Source of the DNA: Rhynchobatus australiae
Lineage: Eukaryota
DNA: 64,000 nt
Direction: 5' to 3'
NCBI GenBank assembly: GCA_034780895.1
Contig: JAUZTB010000078.1
Location: 6,097,672-6,161,671 of the forward strand
The position numbers were made by a program, and so were the translations under genes. The notes below the pieces were generated by a model. The model ran no database searches and had not been told where the DNA came from. It was given only the letters and a program-made list of their open reading frames with translations. Shown here piece after piece: positions 38,064-50,320 of the stretch (its first letter is position 1; each line of letters begins with the position of its first letter).

Positions 38064-39214
38064 GTTGGTGTAGTGCAACCTTGTGAAGTAGATCCTTAGG
38101 TGAAATAGGTCGGGGCCAAGGTTAAAATTAATTTGTGCAAATATGTAATAGCTTTAATTTTNNNNNNNNNNNNNNNNNNNNNNNNNNNNNNNNNNNNNNN
38201 NNNNNNNNNNNNNNNNNNNNNNNNNNNNNNNNNNNNNNNNNNNNNNNNNNNNNNNNNNNNNGAAGAGCTTTAATTTTGTGGTGCACATACCTCTCAAACT
38301 GCAATGTAATTGGCAGAATTCTGGTTCGTGCTTGTGGAAGAGTGCGGCTTTTGGTGGCATTAGTAAATTGGCTGATTTTCATTGGTTGCATTTGGCTGCT
38401 ATTTCTCCAAGTGTTGCAGCTTTACATTGGGTCACAGTGATTTTTAAAACCATACAGTTGAGAGGTATGGTGGTAATCTCATCAGTATTTGATTTATTGG
38501 ATTGAAACAGGGTTTAATTCTGGATATATACTGCAGGTAATGATTCACACTGCAATTGTAGGTAGAGGGTAAGATGTAATTTTCTGAAATTTTGCTATGA
38601 ATAGAGATGTTTACTTTGTCCTGTGTTCTGCCTATAATGAGCAATCAATAATAATGTTGGTTTTTGTAGAAAATATTTCTTGGGAGTCAATGTAGCATCT
38701 GAAACTAACAATTCCTTAATCTTTTCTGCTAATGGAAAATTACTTGTATACAAATATTTAACTTTAAAACAGGAAACTGGTGATGCACCCGTTTTTTTAA
38801 AAAATGAGAGCATAGCCTTTAAATGTTCAGACCAGAGCAATGGGATTAACATTGTGTTTTCTCCTGGGTATCTTCCAATGTTGTACATTGAACCCAAGAA
38901 CTAATGATTTGCGGATTCGATATTAAAAGGGGATATCAAAAGCACCGATTCCAATACACCTGGCAGCCATCAGTTTGATGAAACATACTATTTTCTCTCC
39001 CCTCCCTGTTCCAGAAAACAAAAATTGGACAGTGCATTATTTCTCTTTACCAAAACAGTACAAATCTGTAATGTGCAACTCTTTATTTAACCAATGTTGG
39101 GTGCCTTGGACAGTTGAAGCATTTGGCACTTTATGCAGTGCCTCCTTATACTGCAAAATGATGCACATTGCAAGTCTGTACTTGTTTATATAACAGTGCC
39201 CTAGATTAATTCCT

Positions 39215-39622
39215 TGGATGGGCAGAATTTGCTCTGTTAGTAGAGATTAAGCAGACTTGATCTACATGGTACTATGAAAGGTGATCTCATTGAAGCACAA
39301 AAAATTCTAATAGGGGTTGACAGGTTGATGCAAGGGTTATGTTTGCATGGTCACAGTCTCAAAATAAGGCTCGGCCATTCTGGACTGAAATAGAAACAAA
39401 TTTCCTCACAGAAGTTGGTAAATCTTTGGAATTTGTTACCCAAAGGGCTTGAGAGGCTCAGTTGCTATGAATATTCAAGATAGAAGCCAATAGATGTTAA
39501 GGGAAATCAGTGAAGTATGGTTGGTGCAGGAAAGTGGCACCTAAGTAAAAGATTAGCCATGATCTTATTAATTAGGGAGCAGGCATAAAGGATACAATGG
39601 CTTAATCTTATTTCATGTTCTT
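39215..39622 (+). mobile_element. CR1 3' end fragment
   Basis: ggtgatctcattgaagcacaaaaaattctaatagggg...ggtcacagtctcaaaataagg...gattagccatgatcttattaa. Confidence 0.7.
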
Positions 39623-39870
39623 TGTCGGTGTTTGAAGTCTTTGTGATAAAAGCTGGATGTTGCCTCCTCTTGATATTGATGTATTTAAACTTGCATTAAT
39701 TGGTTGAAACATCAGACTTTACTGGCCTCCGCTCCAATCTCCCAAAAGGTTGGATATTTCACTCAATGTAAGTGGCTGGTAACAAGCTACTGAAAGTCCT
39801 GACCTCATTGTTCCCAGTTATCATTGCTATACAGACACACTCACTTCTGAAGGTTGAAGTTCATCTCTTT

Positions 39871-40300
39871 AGTGGTTAGCACGATGCTATTACAGCGTCA
39901 GTGACCCGGGTTCGATTCCCGCCACTGCCTGTAAGGAGTTTGTACGTTCTCCTGTGTCTGCATGGGTTTGCTCCAGGTGCTCCGATTTCCTCCCACATTC
40001 CAAAGACGTACGGGTAGGTTAATTTGGGGGTTTAAAATGGGCGATGTGGACTCGTTGGGCCGGAAGGGCCTGTTACCACGCTNNNNNNNNNNNNNNNNNN
40101 NNNNNNNNNNNNNNNNNNNNNNNNNNNNNNNNNNNNNNNNNNNNNNNNNNNNNNNNNNNNNNNNNNNNNNNNNNNNNNNNNNACATTCCAAAGACGAACG
40201 GGTAGGTTAATTTGGGGGTTTAAAATGGGCGATGTGGACTCGTTGGGCCGGAAGGGCCTGTTACCACGCTGTAAATAAAATTTTAAAAAATTTAAAATTT
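39871..40300 (+). mobile_element. Young tRNA-derived V-SINE; the 3' part is duplicated across a 100-N gap (assembly artefact)
   Basis: A box agtggttagcacg, B box ggttcgattccc, V-domain gagtttgtacgttctcc...ttcctcccacattccaaagac, tail gaagggcctgttaccacgctgtaaataaaa; CpGs are retained. Confidence 0.9.
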
Positions 40301-40879
40301 TAGATGAGAATGTACAGTTAAAGCCAAATTTGGACATTTTACATAAGGTACGTGATACAGAATCACTTTTTTGTGTAGAATTTGAGATCAGGCAAGTGGT
40401 TTCTTAGGAAACTGGCTTATCCAGAAACGTGCACTGTTGTAAAATTGAGTATAATTTGTGTCATTTTGGAATTAAATCAAGAGCATGAAGTGTTGGATAA
40501 TTTGGGTTTCACAAGCATGAAGGCCTTGACTCATTTTGCAGCACTTTCGGGATTGATGAACTTGAGATATTTTTACACATTTTAAATGTTTGGATCCAGT
40601 GCACAGACAACAATTGTAGTCTTTTTTTTATCATTTACTTCTATTTACAGGTTTAAACTTTGCTGAATTTTTCTGCTGATGCTCCTCTTCCCACTAATCA
40701 TGAGGGCACTGAAATGAATTGTATGTTGACTGCTGACTTAGTTGAAATTGTTTTGGACCAGAAACCTACTCCCAAAAAAAGCCATGAGTTATAATTTTAA
40801 TCGTATAGGTTTTCATTTAAAACTTCAAGATTTCTCGATGCTGTCTGTAAGCTTCCAACTTGAAGCCGCAAACACAGAG

Positions 40880-41975
40880 GGCTAAACAGCATGCAATCGG
40901 CAGAGCTAAGCAGTCTCTCAACCAACTGATCAGATCAAATCAAACCTCTGCACTCCAGCCACATTTAGTCATGTATGATGGACAATAAAAGAGGCTTTTG
41001 GGAGGCAACAGCTCCAAAGACTTTCTCATCCTTGACAAATGATCAGTGGGCAGCCAGCAAGTTAGTGCTGAAGATAAGGCTGACTCTTTTGCCATTATTC
41101 AGCCAGGAGTGATGAACAGATGGTGCATCTCGGCTCCATTCTGAATTCCCACCATCATAGAAGCCGGTGTTCAACCCACTTGATTCACTTCATGTGATAT
41201 CATGACACTGCTGAGAGGTCTGGCTATCATAAAGGCTGTGGGTTCAGATATCATCAAAGTTGTAGAACTGTACCTCGAGCAAAGCTGTTCTAATATAGTC
41301 ACAATACTAATCCAGCTGATCATTTGTTCACTAAAAGAAAAATAATCTTGTTTATAACAGCCCAGTCCGCACTGTGTCATCAATAATGCTAACAAGTGGC
41401 TCTTATTCACCAGTAACTTATTCGCTGCTGCCCGATTTGGGTTTTACCAGGGTGACTCCAAACCTCATTATAACCTTAATCTAAACATGGACCAGAAAAC
41501 TGGATTCCTGAAGTTAAGTGAGAGTAACTGCCTGTGACACAAATGTAATGATTGACTCAGATGCTGGACGTCTTTTAGTGAAGGACTGTCCTCCTGACAC
41601 CCTTTCCATAAGGCAGAAGTCAGGACTATGGTGGAATTCTCTCCACTTTCCTGGACTATGGCTGCAGACTATGTCATCTACAAAATACACTGCAATTTCT
41701 CATCTATATCTCTAGTATAGCTCTTCCCAAGCCCACAACCTCTGCCACCAAGAAGGCAAGAGGGCTTTAGGCACATGGGATCATCAGCACTTCCAGTTTC
41801 CCCTGATGCACACCATCTTGATTTGGAAATGTATTGCTATTATTTCATCATCTCTGATTGTAGATCCTAGTGGCCCATCCCAAACAATGGGGCTTCTTCA
41901 CCAAAAACATACAAAATAGCAGCATTTTCAAGGGTATTTTGGAACAGACTATAAATCCTGGCCTTGCCAACAATA
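40880..41975 (+). mobile_element. Internally deleted CR1-clade LINE relic (same family as 18470-20460)
   Basis: Shared motifs cccaccatcatagaagcc, cagtaacttattcgctgctgcccgatttgggttt, catgggatcatcagcac, ttggaaatgtattgc. Confidence 0.65.
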
Positions 41976-44900
41976 AATATCAGAAAAAAAATCCTCTGGG
42001 TTCAGTTCCATGTCTGTGCTGAACTAACTTATCTGTCTGGGAGATAAGATTGCTGCAATTGGCTTTCTTCCCCAATGCCCCATGTGTTTTAATTTTTGTT
42101 TGTGGGCTGGGGGGAGAAGAGTCAGAAGGGTCTAGATCACTTCCCAGTTACCCTTCTGAAACACGAGACTGGATAATGAGGTTTGGCTGTAATGTGTCCA
42201 GTGTTGAAAAGTGTGTTGCATCTTAATGTTTATGCTCAAACAAAGAATGGCTGCTTGGAAACTATGTGAGATTGTGGGTGGAACCATACTGTAGTAAGCC
42301 TACATTTTAAACAGCTGTTATACTTCAGAAATACTTAATTTTTAATTTCCAGTATGCAAAATACTTGGGCATTCTGTGTCCTTGAATGGAATGATGTAAA
42401 TGCTTTTCAAATGTCAATTATTTAAGGAACAACCTTGATGTGCAAAACTATAATCTTCCTTGTTCTTTGATTACCTTTTTCTGGATTACCCTGATTTAAG
42501 GTATCTTTTGTGGTCATAGTAACTTTTCTGGATACCATTTTTATTACCCTGCAGCGACTCTGCCTGATTATTGGTTATAAGAAATGTCAAGTGGAAAGAT
42601 GCTTTGTCATTGGAATCTCCAAGTGCCTGCTAATTAAAAGTGCTTCATATCAATTGCACTGGCATAGGGTCAGAAAAAAATGAACAGTTCATTAATTAGA
42701 GACCAAATAGGAAATTTGTTAAAACAATTTAACCTAGCACAAAGGAATAAATTATTAGCAAAAATTTTAAGAAGTGATTTCTGCATATTTTGAAAATGAA
42801 ATAGAAAGGAAGAGAAAACAAGACAGTGATCAGTCAAAGTACATTGTAACTATGCCTTCATAAAAAGGACCAGCATGTTCTTTGAGCCAGTATACTTGCG
42901 TATCATTTTTTATATTAACATTCCTAATCATTGGGTAAGGTAAAATCTTGTGGTAATAGAAAGTAATCTGGAAAATTCTTCTCTGATATCTTAAAATTGA
43001 TCAAACTAGTCTGAGGATCTGCAAAACCACTATTCATATTACTGAATATCCTTGTTAACTCTATTATGCTGTTGTGACCAAAAAACCAAGTATTGAAGTT
43101 TATGCCACATTTGCACACAACCTGGTATTTTCCATTGGTCTCCTGTCCCCTGCAAATATAGATTTTGCCATTATAAACAGCAATCTGTTCTCTTTATTTT
43201 AAGTACCTTCTATCTTGATCACACAGAAACTCACCTTAAGGGTAGTGTCCATTTCACCTCTGTGTCAAATGAGTCTTTCATGTATTTTAAGTCAGGACTA
43301 GCTGTATTTAACCATTAACATGTCCCTTTTGGGCCACTACTGTAAATCCATGTTATAAACTGTGGGAGACAACAGCCACAACTACTTGACGATCTCAGGC
43401 AACTGACTTTCATTGTTTAAGATTGTATTGCTTCTGTGTCTGAGAGATGTGTGGTGTTTGATAAGGGTATATAGATAAAGAACAGGAGTACAGTTGCTGA
43501 GTTTTTAAAAAATCAGTTTTTGATAGCAGCTAGCCTTGAGTTTTATCATGAGTATTTGTCATTTGAATGCGTTACTTAAGATGGGCAAGAGTTTGCTCAT
43601 TCTGTTGCTTTGAGATCTCTTTCAGGGTGCTATTTATGCGTGACCAGGAATGATTCTCTTGTTTTTGGAATACCCACTGGGTATTTCTTCATAAAGTACA
43701 AGCATAGGTCCTTCCACTATCAAGACAGCACAGTAAAAACTGAAATGCAGGAGGTTTGCACCTCTCCTTGGTGCAGTATGCTGGTGCATAATTGTGATAT
43801 ACATATTCAGGCTGTCGTTTTGTATGCTTCGGAGTCATACCTTAGCAAGTATACAACCTAGTGCTCTGCCTGGGCAGCACACCAAGGTAAATGCCCATTA
43901 ACATTTGCTCCCTTGTCTTGTACATCATACATCAGTACTTCAGAGAAAATCTGTATCCCTTGTGAAGGAGAAATGAACTTCCGGCTAATAAACTCAGCCT
44001 GAAGTTGCTTATAAGACAGCAAAGCATTTATAGCTGATCTAGATTGAAGGACAAATTTATAACTCCCATGAACTGCCTACACTACCATATCGCAGCATTT
44101 TATTAATGAACATTGTAATGCTTGTAAATTGATAATTGAGCCTATGCTTTGTTACATTTAATGGTGGTTATGCATACTGCATTGTGTTACTGTAGACTGA
44201 AGAACAATTTCTGGCCTGTTCCATTTTAAGCTTATAGCCTGATAACTCAATGAGTGGAGAAAATGTTCTTCATGTTCCACTATTGAATTATTTCAGCCTG
44301 AGTATACGCAATGGTATAACTGGAATTCTGAATCCTGTCATGTCAAGAAATGAAATCAGTGGTTTTGGTAATTTATCAGTTGATACTGGAAAAAAAAAAT
44401 ATTGGATGTAAAATACCAAGCTTTTTCTAATTATACCCACCAAGTAATTTAATCTGCCCCATTATTTTACTTCCTGATTTCAGTCCCAGAAAACAAAGTA
44501 AACTCTTAAATTGTTTGGAGATCCATGTAATCCAGGAAAACTCTTCAAAAATAAAATCAACTCATTTCCTGACTGAAAGGAAGAAATTTATTTCACTGGC
44601 TAAGAATTCATCTAAACAAACTGTTACAAATTATAGTAAAACCTGACCTGATAGTATTTACAAGAAATCACAATAAAGCCAACTTGAGATGGTGAATTTT
44701 TTTTTAACCAGAGGTATTTGGCACGTGCACAACCCTAGTGCAGCTGTGTGAATTCCTTATTCAGCTTTCTTTCACACAGGCTTTTATCTATGGGCCTTTA
44801 CATTTTTCTGCATGTTTCCCTTCCCTTCATTGAAATGAATCAGAAACATTAAGATCTTGTAATGGCACTGCTCTGTTTTGCCATCATCACTATACCTTTC

Positions 44901-46812
44901 ATTTATCAAAGTATTGACTGTCTATTGTTGAGCAAATATGAACGATAAAAAACTAAATATTTTGAAGGCTGAAGCCTTCATTTTTTGTCCCTACCATATA
45001 CGCCATTCCCTGTCCGTTGCTGCTTAATATGGCAACTGTCTATTGAGCCAGATTTGAGTAAATTTTTAACCTGACCACACCTCTGCTCCATCACTGTGAC
45101 TGCCTACTTCCACCACTAACTTCGTTTGACTGCAACATTCTTTCAACTAAAATGTTGTCACGCTTTTGTTATCTCTGGATTTTTCCCTATGATATCCTGG
45201 CTGAAATGTCATTTTTCACTGGAAATAAACTTGTATTCATCTAAAATTCTGCTACCTCTATTTATAGCTTGCAAAACATTCCCATTACCCTTTATCGACT
45301 TTGTACTGGTTTCCAGAACAGAATCTCAAAATTAACTTAATCTTTCAAATGCTTTGTGGCTTGAATATTTCAAAAGTTGAAGGGTGGGGTCAGGCAGCAA
45401 GATTGTGTTTTGAGGTAGAAGTTCAGCCATGGTCTTGTTGAATATTGGGATTGTTTTATATAATTTAAAATTATTTAAGGATTTATATAAAAGCCTTCCA
45501 AATTATTTTCACTGATGTGGCCTTTGAGCTGGTGTGAATAAAACATTAATGTAGCAACTCTATAAGACAATGGTATGAACTTGTTAAAGGCACTGGGAGA
45601 GAAACTTGCAAATATCAATTATTGTGAACTGTGTACAAAGTTAGAATTTTAATTGTCTGACTTATGAAAAGCAATATAAATTAAATGGGAAGATATTGCA
45701 TAATAAATTCAAACTGCTTGGAGTCATCTAAACAATATGATTGCATCAAAATAGAAGCTAATCACCATATTGAGTGAAGATCTTCAGGATGATTCAGCAG
45801 AGCTTGCTCTTTTAGACTTGGGTACAGAAAAAAATCCATATCAAGCTGATTGGATAACGAAACTCATAACTTGAGTTGTCTTGAACCCCATACCGTACTG
45901 AAATCGTTCTGACTAAAAGTATGAAAAAAAAATTCAACACTACCCGTTCCCAGTTAAATTTTTCAGTGTTTAGACTCATCCTCATTAGTCCATGAGGAAA
46001 ATTTCAAAAGCAAGAAAGAATATTTGAGGCACCAATACACCAGGAATTTGAACTGTTACCTAAATTAATCATTTTAACGTGAATACAAATATTCTGTCTA
46101 AGGTCTTCTCAACTTTGAATAGCCCAAGAGAGATGTTTTTAATTATTCTAAAAGGGGTTGGGAAGGTAAGAGAAAAATATCTGAGCCCAATTCTGTTGAC
46201 ATTTTAGGTTGTGTGTATCCTGTGATTGCTTTTTTTGTAAAAAGCCATTTAGATTCAAGTCACAGACTGTATCACTCATCTGTTATTATTTGTTATTCCC
46301 TATCCACTTAGTGAAAAATGGAATTAAATCATAGGTAAATCATTTTAGAGTTTAATTTCATTTGCGCAGAATATTTAGTTTGCTTGTGTCATGAAAGGAG
46401 AATGATTTGTGTAGTGCTCTGCAGTGAGAAGCAGTTCCAAAATGAGTGCATTCATTCAGAGGTGCTCTGAGAAGAAATGTACAGTAAATTATGAGTTTGA
46501 CCTAGTTAACTTGTATATTTAGAAGTTAAGCAGTTTAACTTCAATTTGGCCTAATCAAATTATCTGAGTCATGAATTGTCTAAAGTATTGATTTTTGTTT
46601 GTAAGAATTATAGATTTTGCAATACTTTGACTCTCGCTTAATATATATGTGATGTGAAGTAACCATCTTGAGAAGTGTTCATGATTAATAATAATTAACA
46701 AAACCCAAAGATAAATTGCAATTTAGAGCTTGGTGAAGCCAGTTAGTTTCAGTATTGATGGTTGAGCAGATTACTTAGTCCTTTTACTTACACAATAATT
46801 CTCTTTGTACAG

Positions 46813-47059
46813 CTGAGAAGCATGACGTAAGCATGGATGTGGGAGGCCCTTCAAGGATGAGAAGCAGCAGCAGTTCTTNNNNNNNNNNNNNNNNNNNNNN
46901 NNNNNNNNNNNNNNNNNNNNNNNNNNNNNNNNNNNNNNNNNNNNNNNNNNNNNNNNNNNNNNNNNNNNNNNNNNNNNNGGATGAGAAGCAGCAGCTGTTC
47001 TTCTGAGTCAGACAGTAGCAGTGACTCCAGCTCCTCTGAGAGCAACGACTCTGAAACAG
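46813..47059 (+). CDS. brd4: BRD4 SEED exon (AEKHDVSMDVGGPSRMRSSS[S/C][20 protein letters not shown]); 123 nt once the artefactual gap is collapsed
   Basis: Acceptor ctctttgtacag|CT and donor ACAG|gttagc. The 24 nt on each side of the 100-N gap are duplicates (46855-46878 and 46979-47002); collapsing them gives a phase 1-1 exon of 41 codons. Confidence 0.92.
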
Positions 47060-47835
47060 GTTAGCGTCAATTCTTTCAGTAATTGAGCCTGTTGCTAGCC
47101 TGGCGCTGGCAAAGTCTGTTTCCCCTCTGCCCCACGTACTCTCTGTAAACCACCCATCGTAGTTTCCAAGCGACAACCAGTGACTTCTAAATATCACTGC
47201 AATACATACAGTTTGCCAGATTAATGGAGTTGGAGCCTTTTGCCAGTAGTTCCTTGTGTTAAAAGAACAACATGTCTGGAAGAATTTCTAGCGCTAGTCT
47301 GTTTAAGCTGCATAGAAAAAGTGCAATAATGCTGACAGTGACCATTGAAAGCCATAAAAAGAGCTTAAGTTGCACTTAAATTAGAAAGCAGCTTCAACAG
47401 AGAAAATTGTTTTGCTCTTGGAAAAAACAGGATTGTTTTTTTTTCTACCTCGTCTTTTGAAAGATCAACGCTTGACTACCAGCAAATGAAATTTGCTTCA
47501 CCTGTCTAAAAAAAAATGTATGAAGGATTTCTGGTCAGGACATGCATATGGAATGCTTTTACAAAACATGGTGTTCACCTGTGTGCAGTTCGTGTAGCAT
47601 TTCAGGTGGTTGGTGCTAACACTGTTCTGTGGTGAATGGGACAGGTTTCAAGATATTCCCCCAACTCCATGTGCACTGTGGACTCTTGCGCAGTAAGGTA
47701 CATGTGCATTTTCTAAATTTGATTATATAAACAGTAAGAGGACAGTAAAAGGAGGAGAAAAAACCTGGTGGGCTACAGATCTTTATCCTTTCGACTGTCA
47801 CAATTGGCAAAAAATTATCTACATCCTGCGTTCTT

Positions 47836-47872
<37 letters not shown>
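47836..47872. repeat. (CTA)12 microsatellite
   Basis: Perfect ctactacta... run. Confidence 0.95.
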
Positions 47873-50207
47873 ACCTTCATGGCCGTCGACTCAGTGAGAA
47901 TTCGCATTTAAAGCAAGTAAGCTACTTAATTATGTACCTTTTTTTTCACCATTGTAGAAAGTACCCAGTTAGTTAGTTGCAAGGCTGTCCCTTTTAATCT
48001 TGGAGTCAGCTGTTTCAAGCTATGCTTGTATATTTTCTCTTGAATCAGTCATAGTTTATAAATGATCTTGTAATTCACTACCTAGATGTTTCCACATAAT
48101 TGTCATTTCAGAAAAAAACAGTTCTGCATAAATGACCCTGTCAGATCTTCATAATTGTCATAACCCATAGCAAAGTCATCGCTCAACGTTTGAACTAAAA
48201 TTTGATTATACACAGTGATCTGTCTGTTATCTTGCACACTATATCTAAATAAAGGCGTTGACTGAATGACAGTCAAGAATTGTCTGATTTGCAAATCGTT
48301 TGACAGCTGCGATTGGCAAAACTTCATCCAAGCCTTCCAACTCTTCCCTGTTCTGCATTCTTTTTTTCCACTGACTGCAGAAAAATAGTTCACAGTGCTG
48401 GACCATAATCCTAGATTTTATTTTGAAGTGTGGAAAATTACCGTCAAGATTTCTGGATGCTTACTTTGTGGTTTTGTCGTTCATTTCAAATTTTACAACT
48501 TTTCAAATTAGACCTTGGGAATTCTTTAGCTGACTGCACATCTGCTTCCCACCCCCAAAATCCAAATGTACTAAAATCAAAATATTTGTTCCACTGAAGT
48601 GTCATTAATTGTATTCTGATGAGAAAAATTGAATGATAGGTTTTGAATTAACGTGCACCTTCAGTTTATAGTGGGTAAATTTCACTTTGTACACTAGTTG
48701 GTCATTCAAGATACGGTCACAGAACTATTTTAAGGGGCTCTTGCTATGTGTATTTAATATATCCAAGATAATTGTCAACAGTTTTATTTTTGTAATGTGC
48801 ACTCATTATCTTGCGTGTTACGGTATGTATGGTCTTTGGATGCTGTGATTTCTTACACAAATGCTATCTTTGAGATGAGTGATTTTTTTTTAGTTGTAAG
48901 CTGTACTTTTCTACAGATTGAATTGTGTAATAGCCACAGAGTGCAGAGTTCGGAACTGAGAGGTCAGCCAGCTGTATATTTACATGGTTCCTGCTGTGAT
49001 TATAATACAAGTTTCGATCTTGTATCAGGATGAGTCACAGATGTGTTTGGATGTTGAAGTTATGTAAACTATGCATTGGAGTTGAGAAGTCCAAAAGCTT
49101 CGTTTGGAATTAGCTCATTGACTTCAGTAAATACACCTAATAAAATAACAATTCTAAGTATCGGGAACTTTTTTTAAAAAGCACAGCATAGCTCAGTGAA
49201 TACTGCACCACCTGTTTCATGAGACGGCCAATAGCCTAATTGTAGAGGGCTAACCTTTTGGTTTAAATCAAGGTTGCAATATCTCAAAAGAAAAGGTTGA
49301 AGTACTTGGAACAGTTTCTTCAAAGATGTATGAAATTTTGTGAGTCATCTGTCATCAATGGTGTATGCATGTGAAGCCTTGAGCTGAGACAAGTATAACT
49401 AATATGGATGTTGTTATGACTTAGATTTCCACATTATTGGGCAATGGATATAATATTTAATACTTTTAGCTAACTACAAGCTGTTAATTTTTCTTAGTGA
49501 TTTAATTAAATTTTCATTTCATGTTTTGCTGAAACTTGCATTTAGTTATCAGGAGTGGACTGGACGTGCACTCCTGAGTATCCATTGTAGATGTTAGATA
49601 ATTTGATTGCTAGGAGCAGCGCAGCTCAGCTTGATTCTGTTCACATTCAGTATGCCTGTTCCCATGCAGATGCTCATACATTTTCTATCAGGTGTTGCAG
49701 AAGTGCTCCAGACTTTCTCTCTTTTAAAATGGTTATAGTGATAACATGCCAGCTGTTATTTTGGTTGAGATCAACTGATTCATCACTGATTAATATTCAA
49801 TCCTGGAACTTTATGGCTTTGTATTGCGCCAGGCATTGGTTTCACATGCTGATCATTGGGGCCTGATTTCAGTCATGCATGTACACATCACATTATGCAG
49901 GTATATATTGCATTAAGATGTAATCAGACCTGCAGTCTAAATGGCCAACTTTGTCTTGTTAGCCAAACTGGGAAATATTCCACACTTGCCACTGTTTGTA
50001 CTCCTGACAAGCGTCACAAATGAAATATCTTCATTGTTGAGTTATTTATCTGGATTCTTGGGAACAGAACACTAGAGCAGCAGAAGAAAAATGTATAATA
50101 TAAAAGGATTTAATTCGTACCCAGCATATTGCAATTACTTAGAGTAGTTCCAAGTGTCATTACAGTATATTCATCTGTTGATTTTTCAACAAGGTTCAAA
50201 AAAAAGG

Positions 50208-50320
50208 TCTAAAGACATGCGAGTAGGTTGATTAGGGGTTTAAAATGCGCGGTGTGGACTCGTTGAGGCCAGAAAGGCCTGTTACCACGCTGTAAATAAA
50301 ATTTTTTAAAAAAATATAAA
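50208..50320 (+). mobile_element. 5'-truncated copy of the 39871 V-SINE subfamily
   Basis: aaagacatgcgagtaggttgattaggggtttaaaatg..gtggactcgttg..ggcctgttaccacgctgtaaataaaattt matches 40003-40082 and 40183-40280. Confidence 0.85.

Noticed and set aside
39871-39930. tRNA-like A and B boxes suggesting a tRNA gene
   Set aside because: No full cloverleaf; it runs directly into a V-domain and LINE-derived tail, so it is a SINE head.
40000-40290. Apparent tandem SINE dimer
   Set aside because: Near-identical overlap on both sides of a 100-N gap, most likely uncollapsed haplotypes.
42545-42940. Short motifs (ctgcctgattattgg, cctaatcattgg) reminiscent of the start of the human short-isoform last exon
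   Set aside because: They lie upstream of the SEED exon on the same contig, do not give a GPA-like frame, and rest only on recalled sequence.
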